The notes below the pieces were generated by a model. The model was given only the letters and a program-made list of their open reading frames with translations, was not told the origin of the DNA and ran no database searches. Of a stretch of 43,403 nucleotides of DNA, positions 28,909 through 39,256 are shown piece after piece (position 1 is the stretch's first letter; every line of letters begins with the position of its first letter). This DNA comes from Bacteroidia bacterium. Lineage in GTDB: Bacteria > Bacteroidota > Bacteroidia > Bacteroidales > CAJPTX01. Both the position numbers and the translations under genes were made by a program. The stretch covers positions 1-43,403 of the forward strand of contig CAJPTV010000002.1 in the NCBI GenBank assembly GCA_905373665.1, in the 5' to 3' direction.

Positions 28909-29262
28909 TTACTCTTGCGAAGTTACGCTCGCTCGGGTTCTGTACTGTTGTTGTGGGTGGTTTTCTACCTGCGGGTATAGCATTTCAAGCTTTCCTGATT
29001 GGATTAACGCGGGGAGAACGGCATTCCTTATGTAGTTCTTGTTGCGACCGAGGTATGCTGCTATCTGTTGTACGCTTTTCCAATCGACGCAGTAGTGGCA
29101 GATGAGCGCCGTTCGTTGCGCCTCGCTGAGCTTACGTGGCGTAGGTTGCAAGGTTTGTTCCTCTAGGTTGCAAGGTTTAGTGTCTGAGGTTGCAAGGTTT
29201 AGTGTCTGAGGTTGCAAGGTTTGTTCCTCTAGGTTGCAAGGTTTGTTCCTCGTTTCAAACAT
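28909..29262 (-). CDS. Small winged-helix (wHTH) protein; N-terminal part is read through a DNA repeat array and the true start is uncertain
   Basis: The C-terminal ~75 aa (LSEAQRTALICHYCVDWKSVQQIAAYLGRNKNYIRNAVLPALIQSGKLEMLYPQVENHPQQQYR) resembles, from memory, the C-terminal wHTH of Fic/AlbA_2-type regulators. The first ~40 codons are the 22-bp repeats. It lies 12 nt upstream of xseA. Confidence 0.5.
   Translation of the reverse strand: MFETRNKPCNLEEQTLQPQTLNLATSDTKPCNLEEQTLQPTPRKLSEAQRTALICHYCVDWKSVQQIAAYLGRNKNYIRNAVLPALIQSGKLEMLYPQVENHPQQQYRTRASVTSQE
29143..29252. repeat. Five tandem 22-bp direct repeats: 14-bp core AGGTTGCAAGGTTT plus 8-bp variable part
   Basis: Counted directly. On the + strand the unit order is A B B A A', where A ends GTTCCTCT, B ends AGTGTCTG and A' ends GTTCCTCG. 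The core contains the palindrome TTGCAA. Confidence 0.97.
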
Positions 29263-29263
29263 A
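29256..29263 (-). promoter_or_regulatory. Candidate -7 promoter box (TAnnTTTG) overlapping the annotated ATG of the wHTH ORF
   Basis: The minus strand reads TATGTTTG. It sits between the DUF805 terminator and the repeat array. Confidence 0.35.
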
Positions 29264-29280
29264 CTGCCCCCCTCTCCTCT

Positions 29281-29325
29281 AAGAAAAACACCGCAGCACG
29301 GAACGTCTCATTCCGTACTGCGGTG
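29281..29325 (-). terminator. Rho-independent terminator after the DUF805 gene
   Basis: The minus strand reads CACCGCAGTACGGAA-tgagacg-TTCCGTGCTGCGGTG, a 15-bp stem with one G-U pair. It is followed by TTTTTCTT and begins 15 nt after the stop codon. Confidence 0.75.
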
Positions 29326-29339
29326 TCGCTTGGCTTTCG

Positions 29340-29753
29340 TTAGCACATACGAGAATATTCTTCCTGCTCGTCCTCTTCTGTTCGTTTAGGGTCTTTCCCG
29401 AAGCGGTTTTCGCCCGTTTCGCCCGCAGTGCAGGCAAGAACTAAGAACCAGATAAAGCCAATAAGAGGGACAAGAGAGATGAATATCCACCCGCCGCCTT
29501 TGCCGATGTCGTGCATCCGCCGTACTGCGACAGCAAGCCCTGGGAGCGTCACCCCAAGTGCATAGATGTAGTAAAGTCCCAATATCAGACCTGCACCGAC
29601 TCTACTACCGAATACGGCTGCTAGTCCCGCAAAGGTCAGAAGGAGTGTATAGACTAGGAGATTGAAGAGTACAAAGTACCAATACTCCGAACGGCGTGCA
29701 CGCCCCGTAAACCCCACATACTGCTTAAAGCAACTCTGTACGTACTGAAACAT
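29340..29753 (-). CDS. DUF805 family inner-membrane protein
   Basis: GRARRSEYWYFVLFN and RRMHDIGKGGGW motifs with four hydrophobic segments. Confidence 0.85.
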   Translation of the reverse strand: MFQYVQSCFKQYVGFTGRARRSEYWYFVLFNLLVYTLLLTFAGLAAVFGSRVGAGLILGLYYIYALGVTLPGLAVAVRRMHDIGKGGGWIFISLVPLIGFIWFLVLACTAGETGENRFGKDPKRTEEDEQEEYSRMC

Positions 29754-29778
29754 TCGTTATAGCCCCCTTTTTTATGTT

Positions 29779-31224
29779 TTACGCTCCTGCAAATTTATAC
29801 TCTGCTTGGATATCGCTCGTTAGGCGCGTAAAGAGCTCCTCTTGCAAACGGTCAACGACCTTTAGCGCATCGAGCAGCGTCTTGTCAGAGAAGGCTTGTA
29901 GCATATCCTGCGCGTGCATCGGTAGGCTCTTGTAGATTGCTAGGTACTGCTGCTCCATCTCCTTCTGGCGTTGTGTCATTTCTGCTTCAAGCTTTGCGTA
30001 GGTCTCTTGGATGAGGGGCGCGTAGCGGTTGAAGTTCACCATCCCGAGGGTCATTACCTTACGCATCTTCCAATAGGCAGAGTCAGCACTGGAGTGGTCT
30101 GTCCCCAACAAATAGGCTTGCGGATAGGAGGTCACCCCTTGGTAGAGCGGTACGAAGACCCCGAGGGCTGCCATCCCCATGGCGTAATAGTCTACTCGAC
30201 CGATCGCTTGCGGCAGCTCTGGGCGCACGTGTAGAATGTGCGTTTGGGTGGTACGGAAGATGGAGACTGGGCGGTACTTCTCCTTCGGGTTGGAGTGTAA
30301 ATAGGGGTCGTGCTCCGTACCGTTGTAGTGGAAGCGGAAGACGCGCCGCATGTCATCAAGCGTTACAGGGCGCTGTGCCTTCGCAAAGACGGGGAAGGTG
30401 TTCTTAGATACGTCGTTCTTGATATCGGGGCTTAAAAGGGCTTGTAACCCCCAAACACGGGGATAGTTGTAGGTCGTATCTAGCTCGATGTCGCGAATGT
30501 AGGCTTCGTGGAAGTCAAATGCCCCTTTGCTTGGGTCATAGAGTTGGTGTGCTGTGGCAAACTCGATGAGGTCGGCGCTCGCCATGTAGTTTGCACTGTC
30601 CTTAGGGTCATAGACACGGAAGCGGCTTTGGTTGCCCGTTACAAAGTATTGGTCTTCGGGCATCCGACAAGCGAGCCAACGGTGTCCCGAGGCGGTCTCT
30701 AAGTACCAGATCTCGTGGCTGTCTACAAAACCTACGCCGAAGCCCTCGGCAGTACCAAAGGTCTCGATAAGCTTGCCGAGACGCTCCACCCCCTCGCGTG
30801 CCGTGCGTATGTAGGGCAGTACGATATTGAAGACCGAGTTCTCTGCCACGCCACTCTCCACCAGCGGGTCGGCTGCTAGGGCACGTTCGTTACTAAAGAT
30901 GCTCTCGGTGGCACTCATCCCCACCCCTGCCGTATTGAAGCCCGCACTACCCCAGTGTCCGGGGAGGTCGAAGGTGGGCATGGCGGTATAGCCGAGCGCC
31001 TCCTTGGGGAGGTCGCAACGGAAGGGGCTGTCGCGTGCTACGAAGCTCGTGGGACCTTCGGTCGTATCTTCATAGATTTCGAGGTTCTTGGCATACATCG
31101 CGTTCCAGTCCTCTGAGCGTGCTACGATCATTGAGCCGTCGGCGGTCATAGATTTACCCACGATCATCGTGGTGCACTCGGAGGGGTACTCGCGGCGTTC
31201 CCGCATCTTGTCTTCAGTATTCAT
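29779..31224 (-). CDS. C69-family dipeptidase
   Basis: N-terminal nucleophile context ECTTMIVGK, ~480 aa. The AEGFGVGFVDSHEIWYLE region is typical of peptidase C69. Confidence 0.88.
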   Translation of the reverse strand: MNTEDKMRERREYPSECTTMIVGKSMTADGSMIVARSEDWNAMYAKNLEIYEDTTEGPTSFVARDSPFRCDLPKEALGYTAMPTFDLPGHWGSAGFNTAGVGMSATESIFSNERALAADPLVESGVAENSVFNIVLPYIRTAREGVERLGKLIETFGTAEGFGVGFVDSHEIWYLETASGHRWLACRMPEDQYFVTGNQSRFRVYDPKDSANYMASADLIEFATAHQLYDPSKGAFDFHEAYIRDIELDTTYNYPRVWGLQALLSPDIKNDVSKNTFPVFAKAQRPVTLDDMRRVFRFHYNGTEHDPYLHSNPKEKYRPVSIFRTTQTHILHVRPELPQAIGRVDYYAMGMAALGVFVPLYQGVTSYPQAYLLGTDHSSADSAYWKMRKVMTLGMVNFNRYAPLIQETYAKLEAEMTQRQKEMEQQYLAIYKSLPMHAQDMLQAFSDKTLLDALKVVDRLQEELFTRLTSDIQAEYKFAGA

Positions 31225-31263
31225 TGTGCTAGAAAGATTGTTTATTGGGATAAGCTTCGCTAC

Positions 31264-31896
31264 CTAAAAGAATAGGAAATAGCGAGGCGTATGAGCTTTA
31301 TACTTCAGATACTCTTCGCCGTAGCGTTCGGTACAGTACCGTTCTTCACCCAAAATTACGTGGTGGGTCTCGTAGGCAAGGAGCGCTGTTGCGAGGAGTA
31401 GCCAAAGCGAAGTGCTGGCGATGCAGGCTGCGAGCATGCCTAGGAAAAAGAAGAAATACATCGGGTTACGCGAGAGTCGGTAGACGCCGCTTTTGACGGT
31501 CTTGTCGAGGGGCGTCTTCCAGTAGGCAAAAAAGGAAGCAAGGAAGCCTACGAGCGCTATTGCAAAGAGGAGCAAGCCTGCAAAGAAGAATGGGGAATGA
31601 AGCCGTAGGGGAACAAAGAGCGATAGGATAAGGATAACCCCCTGCCAAACGAAACTCCACTGTGCGTGCCGTCGCTCTTTGGGGGTGTACCACGAGGTGT
31701 CCACCGCTCGTTTCCCCGTTTCTCGAAAACAGACCATAAACAGGAGTTGGATTATCACGAGCCCAAACGAGGGTATCCATGCGTTCCAGAGTCCGAGATG
31801 TAGCGCGGTGTAGTAGCAGATACAGTCCATCTCTTGCGTTTTTAATTTAGGGCAAGGTAGCAATTTATTTAGAAAGAGTTTTAAGTCCCGCCCCAA
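31264..31896 (-). CDS. Isoprenylcysteine carboxyl methyltransferase / phospholipid methyltransferase family membrane protein
   Basis: Polytopic membrane protein with YRLSRNPMYFFFFLG and C-terminal EERYCTERYGEEY. The start may instead be ATG 31830 (MDCICYY). Confidence 0.7.
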   Translation of the reverse strand: MGRDLKLFLNKLLPCPKLKTQEMDCICYYTALHLGLWNAWIPSFGLVIIQLLFMVCFRETGKRAVDTSWYTPKERRHAQWSFVWQGVILILSLFVPLRLHSPFFFAGLLLFAIALVGFLASFFAYWKTPLDKTVKSGVYRLSRNPMYFFFFLGMLAACIASTSLWLLLATALLAYETHHVILGEERYCTERYGEEYLKYKAHTPRYFLFF

Positions 31897-31942
31897 CGCC
31901 CGTAGAAAAGGGGGCTAGAGAATCCAAAAGCTGCATTGTGCG

Positions 31943-31950
31943 TATATTTG
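31943..31950 (+). promoter_or_regulatory. Candidate -7 promoter box (TAnnTTTG) for the C25 peptidase gene
   Basis: TATATTTG ends 6 nt before ATG 31957, implying a leaderless or very short-leader mRNA. Confidence 0.4.
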
Positions 31951-31956
31951 CGAAAG

Positions 31957-34900
31957 ATGGAAAAGGAAAGGAAGAACCGACGTAGCTCTTGGCAAGGGCT
32001 TCTCGTAGTGGGGCTTTGGTTGCTCTGTTTACAGACAACAGCACAGCCCGTTGTTTGGAGACAAGAACGACAGGGGAACGAGACTCGAATCCGAGTCGCT
32101 CTCCCACCCCTTAAGTTGAAAAGCCCAAGAGGCTATGCGGAGGGGAAAGTCCCCGTATTAGAAGAGGGCGTCTCTTGGGCAGCAGCAGGCGAGCCCGACC
32201 TGCCCGAGGTTGCCTACGAAATCGCCGTAGCGGGCGCAGAAGGGGCACAGCTCCTTGAGGTAGACTGGGAGGGCGAGGAAAGGCTCACGGGCGTAAGTAT
32301 CGCCCCCGCAGCAGCGCATCACTTGGTCGGTCAGTCTCCGAAAGCGCGGGTACGCGGGGCGGTCTATTCACAAGACGTTCTTTTCCCAAAAAAGCGGGTG
32401 GAGCTTAGTGCTCCTTACTATGCCCGTGAGGGGTGGTATCAGACGGTGTATGTACGTCCGTACGCTTACCAACCGTTGCACGAAACGCTTTATAACCCCC
32501 AGTCGCTCACCCTTCGTTTGAAAGGGCTTAGGGGCGAACAGCGACAGACAAGACAAGAGACCAAAGGGGTACTCTCAAACGTAGAGGCTGGTGCGCTGCT
32601 GATTGCCACCCCCGCCAAATACCTTGCCACCCTCGCGCCGTTTGTGCAGTGGAAGCGCGATAAGGGGCTGCCCGTGGAAATTGTCCTCTTTGGCGAAGAG
32701 GGGACGGGCTACCCCAAGGTGCAGGACAGTACGGCACTCCGCGCCTTCCTTCAGAAGCGTTACCAACAGAACGATCCGCCGCTAAAATATCTGCTCTTAG
32801 TGGGCAATCGAGAGGAGCTCCCCCCGCTGCGACGGCGTGGTGCTACGAAGCTCGCAGATAGCGACCAAGCTTATGGGCAGCTCGTCGGCAACGATTCGCG
32901 TAATGAGGTTTACGTCGGACGCTTCCCCGCCTATACCCTTGAGCAGCTCGAGGTGCAGGTCAAGCGTGTGCTTTACTACGAACGCGATATCTCCGCCGCC
33001 AGTACCCGCCTTGACTATGGCTTGTGTATCTCCTCAAACGAGGGATGGGGGATCGGCGACAATAACGAGACCGACTACGAACACTCCGAAGGGCTACAGC
33101 GTGTGCTCCTACAGGGCGGTTACAAGGGCGTGGCTTTTCTCTTTGACCAAGACAACAAGAAGATTACCGCAGAGTCCGTAGCCAAGGAGGTAGGGCGCGG
33201 CGTCGGGGTCATCAATTATGTAGGGCACGGCTATCGCACCCGCTGGACTACCTCGGGCTATTCGGTCAACGACGTCTATGCTCTCGAGCAAACGGAGGCA
33301 CTCCCCGTGATTTTTGACGTTGCTTGTAGTAACGGAGATATGGAGGTCTCTCCCTGCTTTGCCGAGGCGTGGATGTGGTCTCAACATGGGACGAAACCGA
33401 GCGGCGCAATCGGAATCTGTGCCAGTAGCGATGAGCAGTATTGGGCGCCCCCTATGCGTGCGCAAGACCGCATGAACGATTACTTTACCAAGCGTTCGGA
33501 TCATCCCTACGTTGTAACCCTCGGGGGGATTATGACGGCTGGGATAGACGATATGCTATTGCGTTATCACGACGAACCTGGGAAGGCGGGGCGCGTAACC
33601 GCAGTAACGTGGAATATCTTTGGCGACCCGAGCCTCGTCCTTCGGCGTAAAGCCCCCGAGCCGTTGCAGGTGATCCATGCGCCAGAAGTCTATTCGTCAG
33701 AAACGGCCCTGCGTGTCCGCTGTGATACGGAGGGGATGGAGGCGATACTCCGCATCAATTATTCCTCGGGCGAGGTACGTTACCAAAAGGCGGTAATCAG
33801 TGGTGGCGAGGCGCAGTTTGATGGGCTACGGCTCACGGGCTGTTCGGGGCTACACCTGACGGTCTGGGGGGTGAACAAAGAGACCTACTCTGCCGAAATC
33901 CCTTGCCTAGAAGGCGTGCCGAGCCCCGTACGCATCCAAGAACTCTCGCTTGCCCCCATTTCGGTAATGCAGGCTGGGGTGGTGAGTGCTGGCGATGAGT
34001 GGGAGGTGCGGTGTAAGATCTCTTACGCGGGGACGGAAATCCCGTATGCAGGGGTCAACGTCGGGCTCACCGTTACACCGAGCAAGGGAATCACCCTCAC
34101 CTATGTGACGAAGGAGTTGCCCCCCTTTATGGCTACGGGCGAAGTGGCGTACGTCGTGGGGCGTCTCAAGATCGGAGAAGAGGTGGAAAATCAAACCCTC
34201 CTCTCCCTCGCCCTACAGTTACGACGCGGCGGGGAGCTAGTCGCATCTCGCTCCTACACAACGAAGGTATTTGCTCTAGACGTCAAATTGAGTGAACCGT
34301 GGAGTGCTTCGACTCTGACGGCTGCGGCAGGCAAGTCGTTTGAGGTTGAGGTGTTGTTAGAGAACAAAGGGATGTTGGATTTCAACGGCGGCACGCTGCG
34401 TTACTATTGGGAGGGGGCAGAAACGCAATACGTTGAAAAAAGTTTAGCGCTCCTCGCGCACAACGCAGAGCGCAGCGTCGTACAACGAACCACAATCCCT
34501 CCCCCCTTAGCCCCATTCCAAGAGGCACGCCTTTGGGTAGAATTGCGTCAAGGTGAACGGCTATTGGAACGGCGAGCGCTGCGCGTTATAGGCAGCTTAT
34601 CCTTAAACCCAGAGACGCTTTGGCAAACGACTTTTCCCTTCTCAAAGCAAGCAGAGGAGCTGACGGAGACCCTCTACTACTTTGGCGAGCCCGTGCTAGA
34701 TGGGGCTTATTCGCGTATCCTTGGGGTACGCATTCCCATCTTTTCCAAAGCAAAAGAGCTGCGCGTCCGAGGGCTCTATGCAGATATTCTAACCCTAGCA
34801 GAGCAAAAGAAGCTCTCGGGTGCTGCAATCGAAGTGCTCGGCGATCGTACGCGCGATACGGTGCTGAAGATAGAGAACAACTATATCACTATTCCACTTG

Positions 34901-35820
34901 CTAAGTCTTTTGACTACGTTGAAGGGAAAACCCTAGAACTTGCCCTGCGCATCCAAAGCGTGGGGATGGAGGAAACGGCGTCTTATTTCCTACCCACCAA
35001 GCGCACGAGCCAGACAAAGAGCCTTGTACGAAGTGAGCGCCTTGGGAAAAGAGAGGTGACGGAGCATGCGTCGCTCCCCCCGTTGCGCTTCACCTTTGCC
35101 GACAACGTCACGTTTGAGTTCACGGTGGTCGATACTGCGGGTAAGCCCGTTGCCAATGCCGAAATAGACCTCGCGGGGTATGTAGAGCGCACGGATGCTA
35201 ACGGCGAGACGCCCTTTAGGTATCTCGAGGGAGATTATGCCGCAACGGTCTTTAGTGCCGCGCACGGTACGCAGCATTTTAACCTTCGTCTGCGAAAAGA
35301 AAACCCTGACATCCGGCTCGTATTACAAGCGCCCGAGCTATCTCACGTTACCCTTGTCTTAATGGACAAAAACGAGGGACGCATTCCCCACGGCGAGGTG
35401 ATTTATGAGGGCGAACGCTATATAGCCAATGAGGAGGGGGAGGTCGGACTCGCGCTCTTGGGTGGCATACGGCGTGTACGGGTCTTTGCCGAAGGCTATC
35501 AGGGTGGCGATGTCGCTATTCGCGTAACTGATCAGCTCAAGCAGTTCACGATTTACCTCTCGCCCCGAGCGCCAGAGGCCGTCTTTGAGGTGGTGTGTGC
35601 CCCGAACCCCGTATCTGAGCGCCTTCGCGTCTCTTCGTCATCACTTATGACCCAAGTGCGGGTCTACGACGTCGCGGGGGCTGTGGTCGCTCAGGCGCAG
35701 TGGAGTGGCTATGGGTATGAAATAGATATGCGACATTTGCCGCGAGGTGTGTATGTCGTGGAGGTGCGAGGCGATGAGGCAAAAAAAGTGGCTAGGCACC
35801 GTATCGTAAAAGATAGATGA
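31957..35820 (+). CDS. Gingipain-family (C25) cysteine peptidase with T9SS C-terminal sorting domain
   Basis: Signal peptide and propeptide-like N-terminus. C25 core LLIATPAKYLATLAPFVQWKRDKG, with catalytic His and Cys contexts YVGHG and FDVACSNG. CarboxypepD_reg-like repeats follow. The C-terminus VCAPNPVSERLRV...VRVYDVAGAVV...LPRGVYVVEV is a Por secretion tail. Confidence 0.88.
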   Translation: MEKERKNRRSSWQGLLVVGLWLLCLQTTAQPVVWRQERQGNETRIRVALPPLKLKSPRGYAEGKVPVLEEGVSWAAAGEPDLPEVAYEIAVAGAEGAQLLEVDWEGEERLTGVSIAPAAAHHLVGQSPKARVRGAVYSQDVLFPKKRVELSAPYYAREGWYQTVYVRPYAYQPLHETLYNPQSLTLRLKGLRGEQRQTRQETKGVLSNVEAGALLIATPAKYLATLAPFVQWKRDKGLPVEIVLFGEEGTGYPKVQDSTALRAFLQKRYQQNDPPLKYLLLVGNREELPPLRRRGATKLADSDQAYGQLVGNDSRNEVYVGRFPAYTLEQLEVQVKRVLYYERDISAASTRLDYGLCISSNEGWGIGDNNETDYEHSEGLQRVLLQGGYKGVAFLFDQDNKKITAESVAKEVGRGVGVINYVGHGYRTRWTTSGYSVNDVYALEQTEALPVIFDVACSNGDMEVSPCFAEAWMWSQHGTKPSGAIGICASSDEQYWAPPMRAQDRMNDYFTKRSDHPYVVTLGGIMTAGIDDMLLRYHDEPGKAGRVTAVTWNIFGDPSLVLRRKAPEPLQVIHAPEVYSSETALRVRCDTEGMEAILRINYSSGEVRYQKAVISGGEAQFDGLRLTGCSGLHLTVWGVNKETYSAEIPCLEGVPSPVRIQELSLAPISVMQAGVVSAGDEWEVRCKISYAGTEIPYAGVNVGLTVTPSKGITLTYVTKELPPFMATGEVAYVVGRLKIGEEVENQTLLSLALQLRRGGELVASRSYTTKVFALDVKLSEPWSASTLTAAAGKSFEVEVLLENKGMLDFNGGTLRYYWEGAETQYVEKSLALLAHNAERSVVQRTTIPPPLAPFQEARLWVELRQGERLLERRALRVIGSLSLNPETLWQTTFPFSKQAEELTETLYYFGEPVLDGAYSRILGVRIPIFSKAKELRVRGLYADILTLAEQKKLSGAAIEVLGDRTRDTVLKIENNYITIPLAKSFDYVEGKTLELALRIQSVGMEETASYFLPTKRTSQTKSLVRSERLGKREVTEHASLPPLRFTFADNVTFEFTVVDTAGKPVANAEIDLAGYVERTDANGETPFRYLEGDYAATVFSAAHGTQHFNLRLRKENPDIRLVLQAPELSHVTLVLMDKNEGRIPHGEVIYEGERYIANEEGEVGLALLGGIRRVRVFAEGYQGGDVAIRVTDQLKQFTIYLSPRAPEAVFEVVCAPNPVSERLRVSSSSLMTQVRVYDVAGAVVAQAQWSGYGYEIDMRHLPRGVYVVEVRGDEAKKVARHRIVKDR

Positions 35821-37178
35821 GGGAGAAGAAGATCGGCTTTCTGAAAGCCAGCTACCGACGTTTCCGACGTTTCATCCAGCGGGATGTCTGGATTATAGAA
35901 TACGAAGAATACCCCAAGGCACGACAACGACTGCTACGCCTGCTGCGCATCATCCTGCTGGTAATGCGCGAGTTTACGCACAACAGTGTGCAGCTACGTG
36001 CCACGGCGCTGACCTACTACTCGGTGATGTCGATGGTGCCCATCGTCGCCATGGGGTTCGGGATTGCGAAGGGCTTCGGTTTGGAGCGCAGACTGACCGA
36101 CGTTATCCACGAAAAGCTCTCGGCATATCCCGAGGTGAGTACCAAATTGATAGAGTTTTCCTCGGCGCTCTTGGAGCGGACGGGGGCGGGACTCATTGCA
36201 GGGATTGGGGTCGTGATGCTCTTTTGGTCGGTCATCAAGGTCTTTAACAACATCGAGAAGTCTTTCAACGTCATTTGGCGCATTTCGACACCGCGGAGCT
36301 GGTTTCGCAAGTTTAGTGACTACTTGTCTATGATGCTGATCGCGCCGCTCCTTATCTTGGCGGCAAGTAGTGCGAACGTCCTACTCAAGTCCTTTCTTGT
36401 CAAGGCTGCGCACAACATCGAGGTGTTGGGGCTGATACAGAATTATATGCTCGTGCTGCTGCGCCTTACCCCCTACGTCCTACTCTCGTTGGCATTTACC
36501 TTCCTCTACGTCGTGATGCCGAACACCAAAGTGAAGTTCTCGTCGGCGCTCGTAGCGGGCTCTCTCGCAGGGATCGGCTTCGCGGTGACCCAATGGTTCT
36601 ACATCGCGTTTCAGTTTGGCGTCTCGCGCTATAATGGGATTTACGGGAGCTTTGCCGCCCTCCCCCTCTTCCTTATGTGGTTGCAGGTGAGTTGGCTTAT
36701 TATACTCGTCGGTGCGGAACTCTCTTACGCCATCCAAAATGTAAAGCTCTATGAGTTTGAACGCGACGCAAACAACCTGAGCCCTAAGCGCACGAAGATC
36801 CTGAGTATGTTGCTCCTTGCGACCATCGTACAGCGCTTCAAGCTCGGCGAGCGTCCCCTAACCTCCGAAGAGCTGGGGCAAGAACACGGCATCCCGCTCC
36901 GACTCGTGAACCGTCTACTGCACTGGATGGTAGAGACCAAGCTCCTGAGCATGGTTTACACCGAAGATGAGAAGATGCCCGCCTACGAACCTGGGCAGAC
37001 CACCGAAAAGTACAGCATCCACTACCTTGTGCAAAAGCACGACGAGTGTGGGACGACCATCGCAGCACGCGGCAAGCTCCTCCCGATCATCGAGGCGCTG
37101 TATGAGAACTACATGAGACACGTGGCTTCGGAACACTACACCCTTCAGTCGATGATTGATGCGGTGGAAAAGGAATAA
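35817..37178 (+). CDS. YihY/BrkB-family membrane protein with C-terminal winged-helix-like extension
   Basis: LRATALTYYSVMSMVPIVAM and six hydrophobic segments. The C-terminal ~130 aa are soluble. The ATG overlaps the upstream stop codon (ATGA). Confidence 0.85.
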   Translation: MREKKIGFLKASYRRFRRFIQRDVWIIEYEEYPKARQRLLRLLRIILLVMREFTHNSVQLRATALTYYSVMSMVPIVAMGFGIAKGFGLERRLTDVIHEKLSAYPEVSTKLIEFSSALLERTGAGLIAGIGVVMLFWSVIKVFNNIEKSFNVIWRISTPRSWFRKFSDYLSMMLIAPLLILAASSANVLLKSFLVKAAHNIEVLGLIQNYMLVLLRLTPYVLLSLAFTFLYVVMPNTKVKFSSALVAGSLAGIGFAVTQWFYIAFQFGVSRYNGIYGSFAALPLFLMWLQVSWLIILVGAELSYAIQNVKLYEFERDANNLSPKRTKILSMLLLATIVQRFKLGERPLTSEELGQEHGIPLRLVNRLLHWMVETKLLSMVYTEDEKMPAYEPGQTTEKYSIHYLVQKHDECGTTIAARGKLLPIIEALYENYMRHVASEHYTLQSMIDAVEKE

Positions 37179-37198
37179 GCGCCCGCGAAATAAGCATA

Positions 37199-39229
<2,031 letters not shown>

Positions 39230-39256
39230 ACGGGTTTGCCTATTCTTTCCCCCAGT

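Noticed and set aside
29143-29252. CRISPR array
   Set aside because: The variable parts are only 8 bp long and occur in just two versions. The period is 22 bp, far too short for repeat-spacer units, and no cas genes are present.
36103-36111. DnaA-box-like TTATCCACG (and CTATCCACA near 1883) as a hint of oriC near parAB
   Set aside because: These are single 8-of-9 matches lying inside coding sequences. There is no cluster of boxes and no AT-rich unwinding element.
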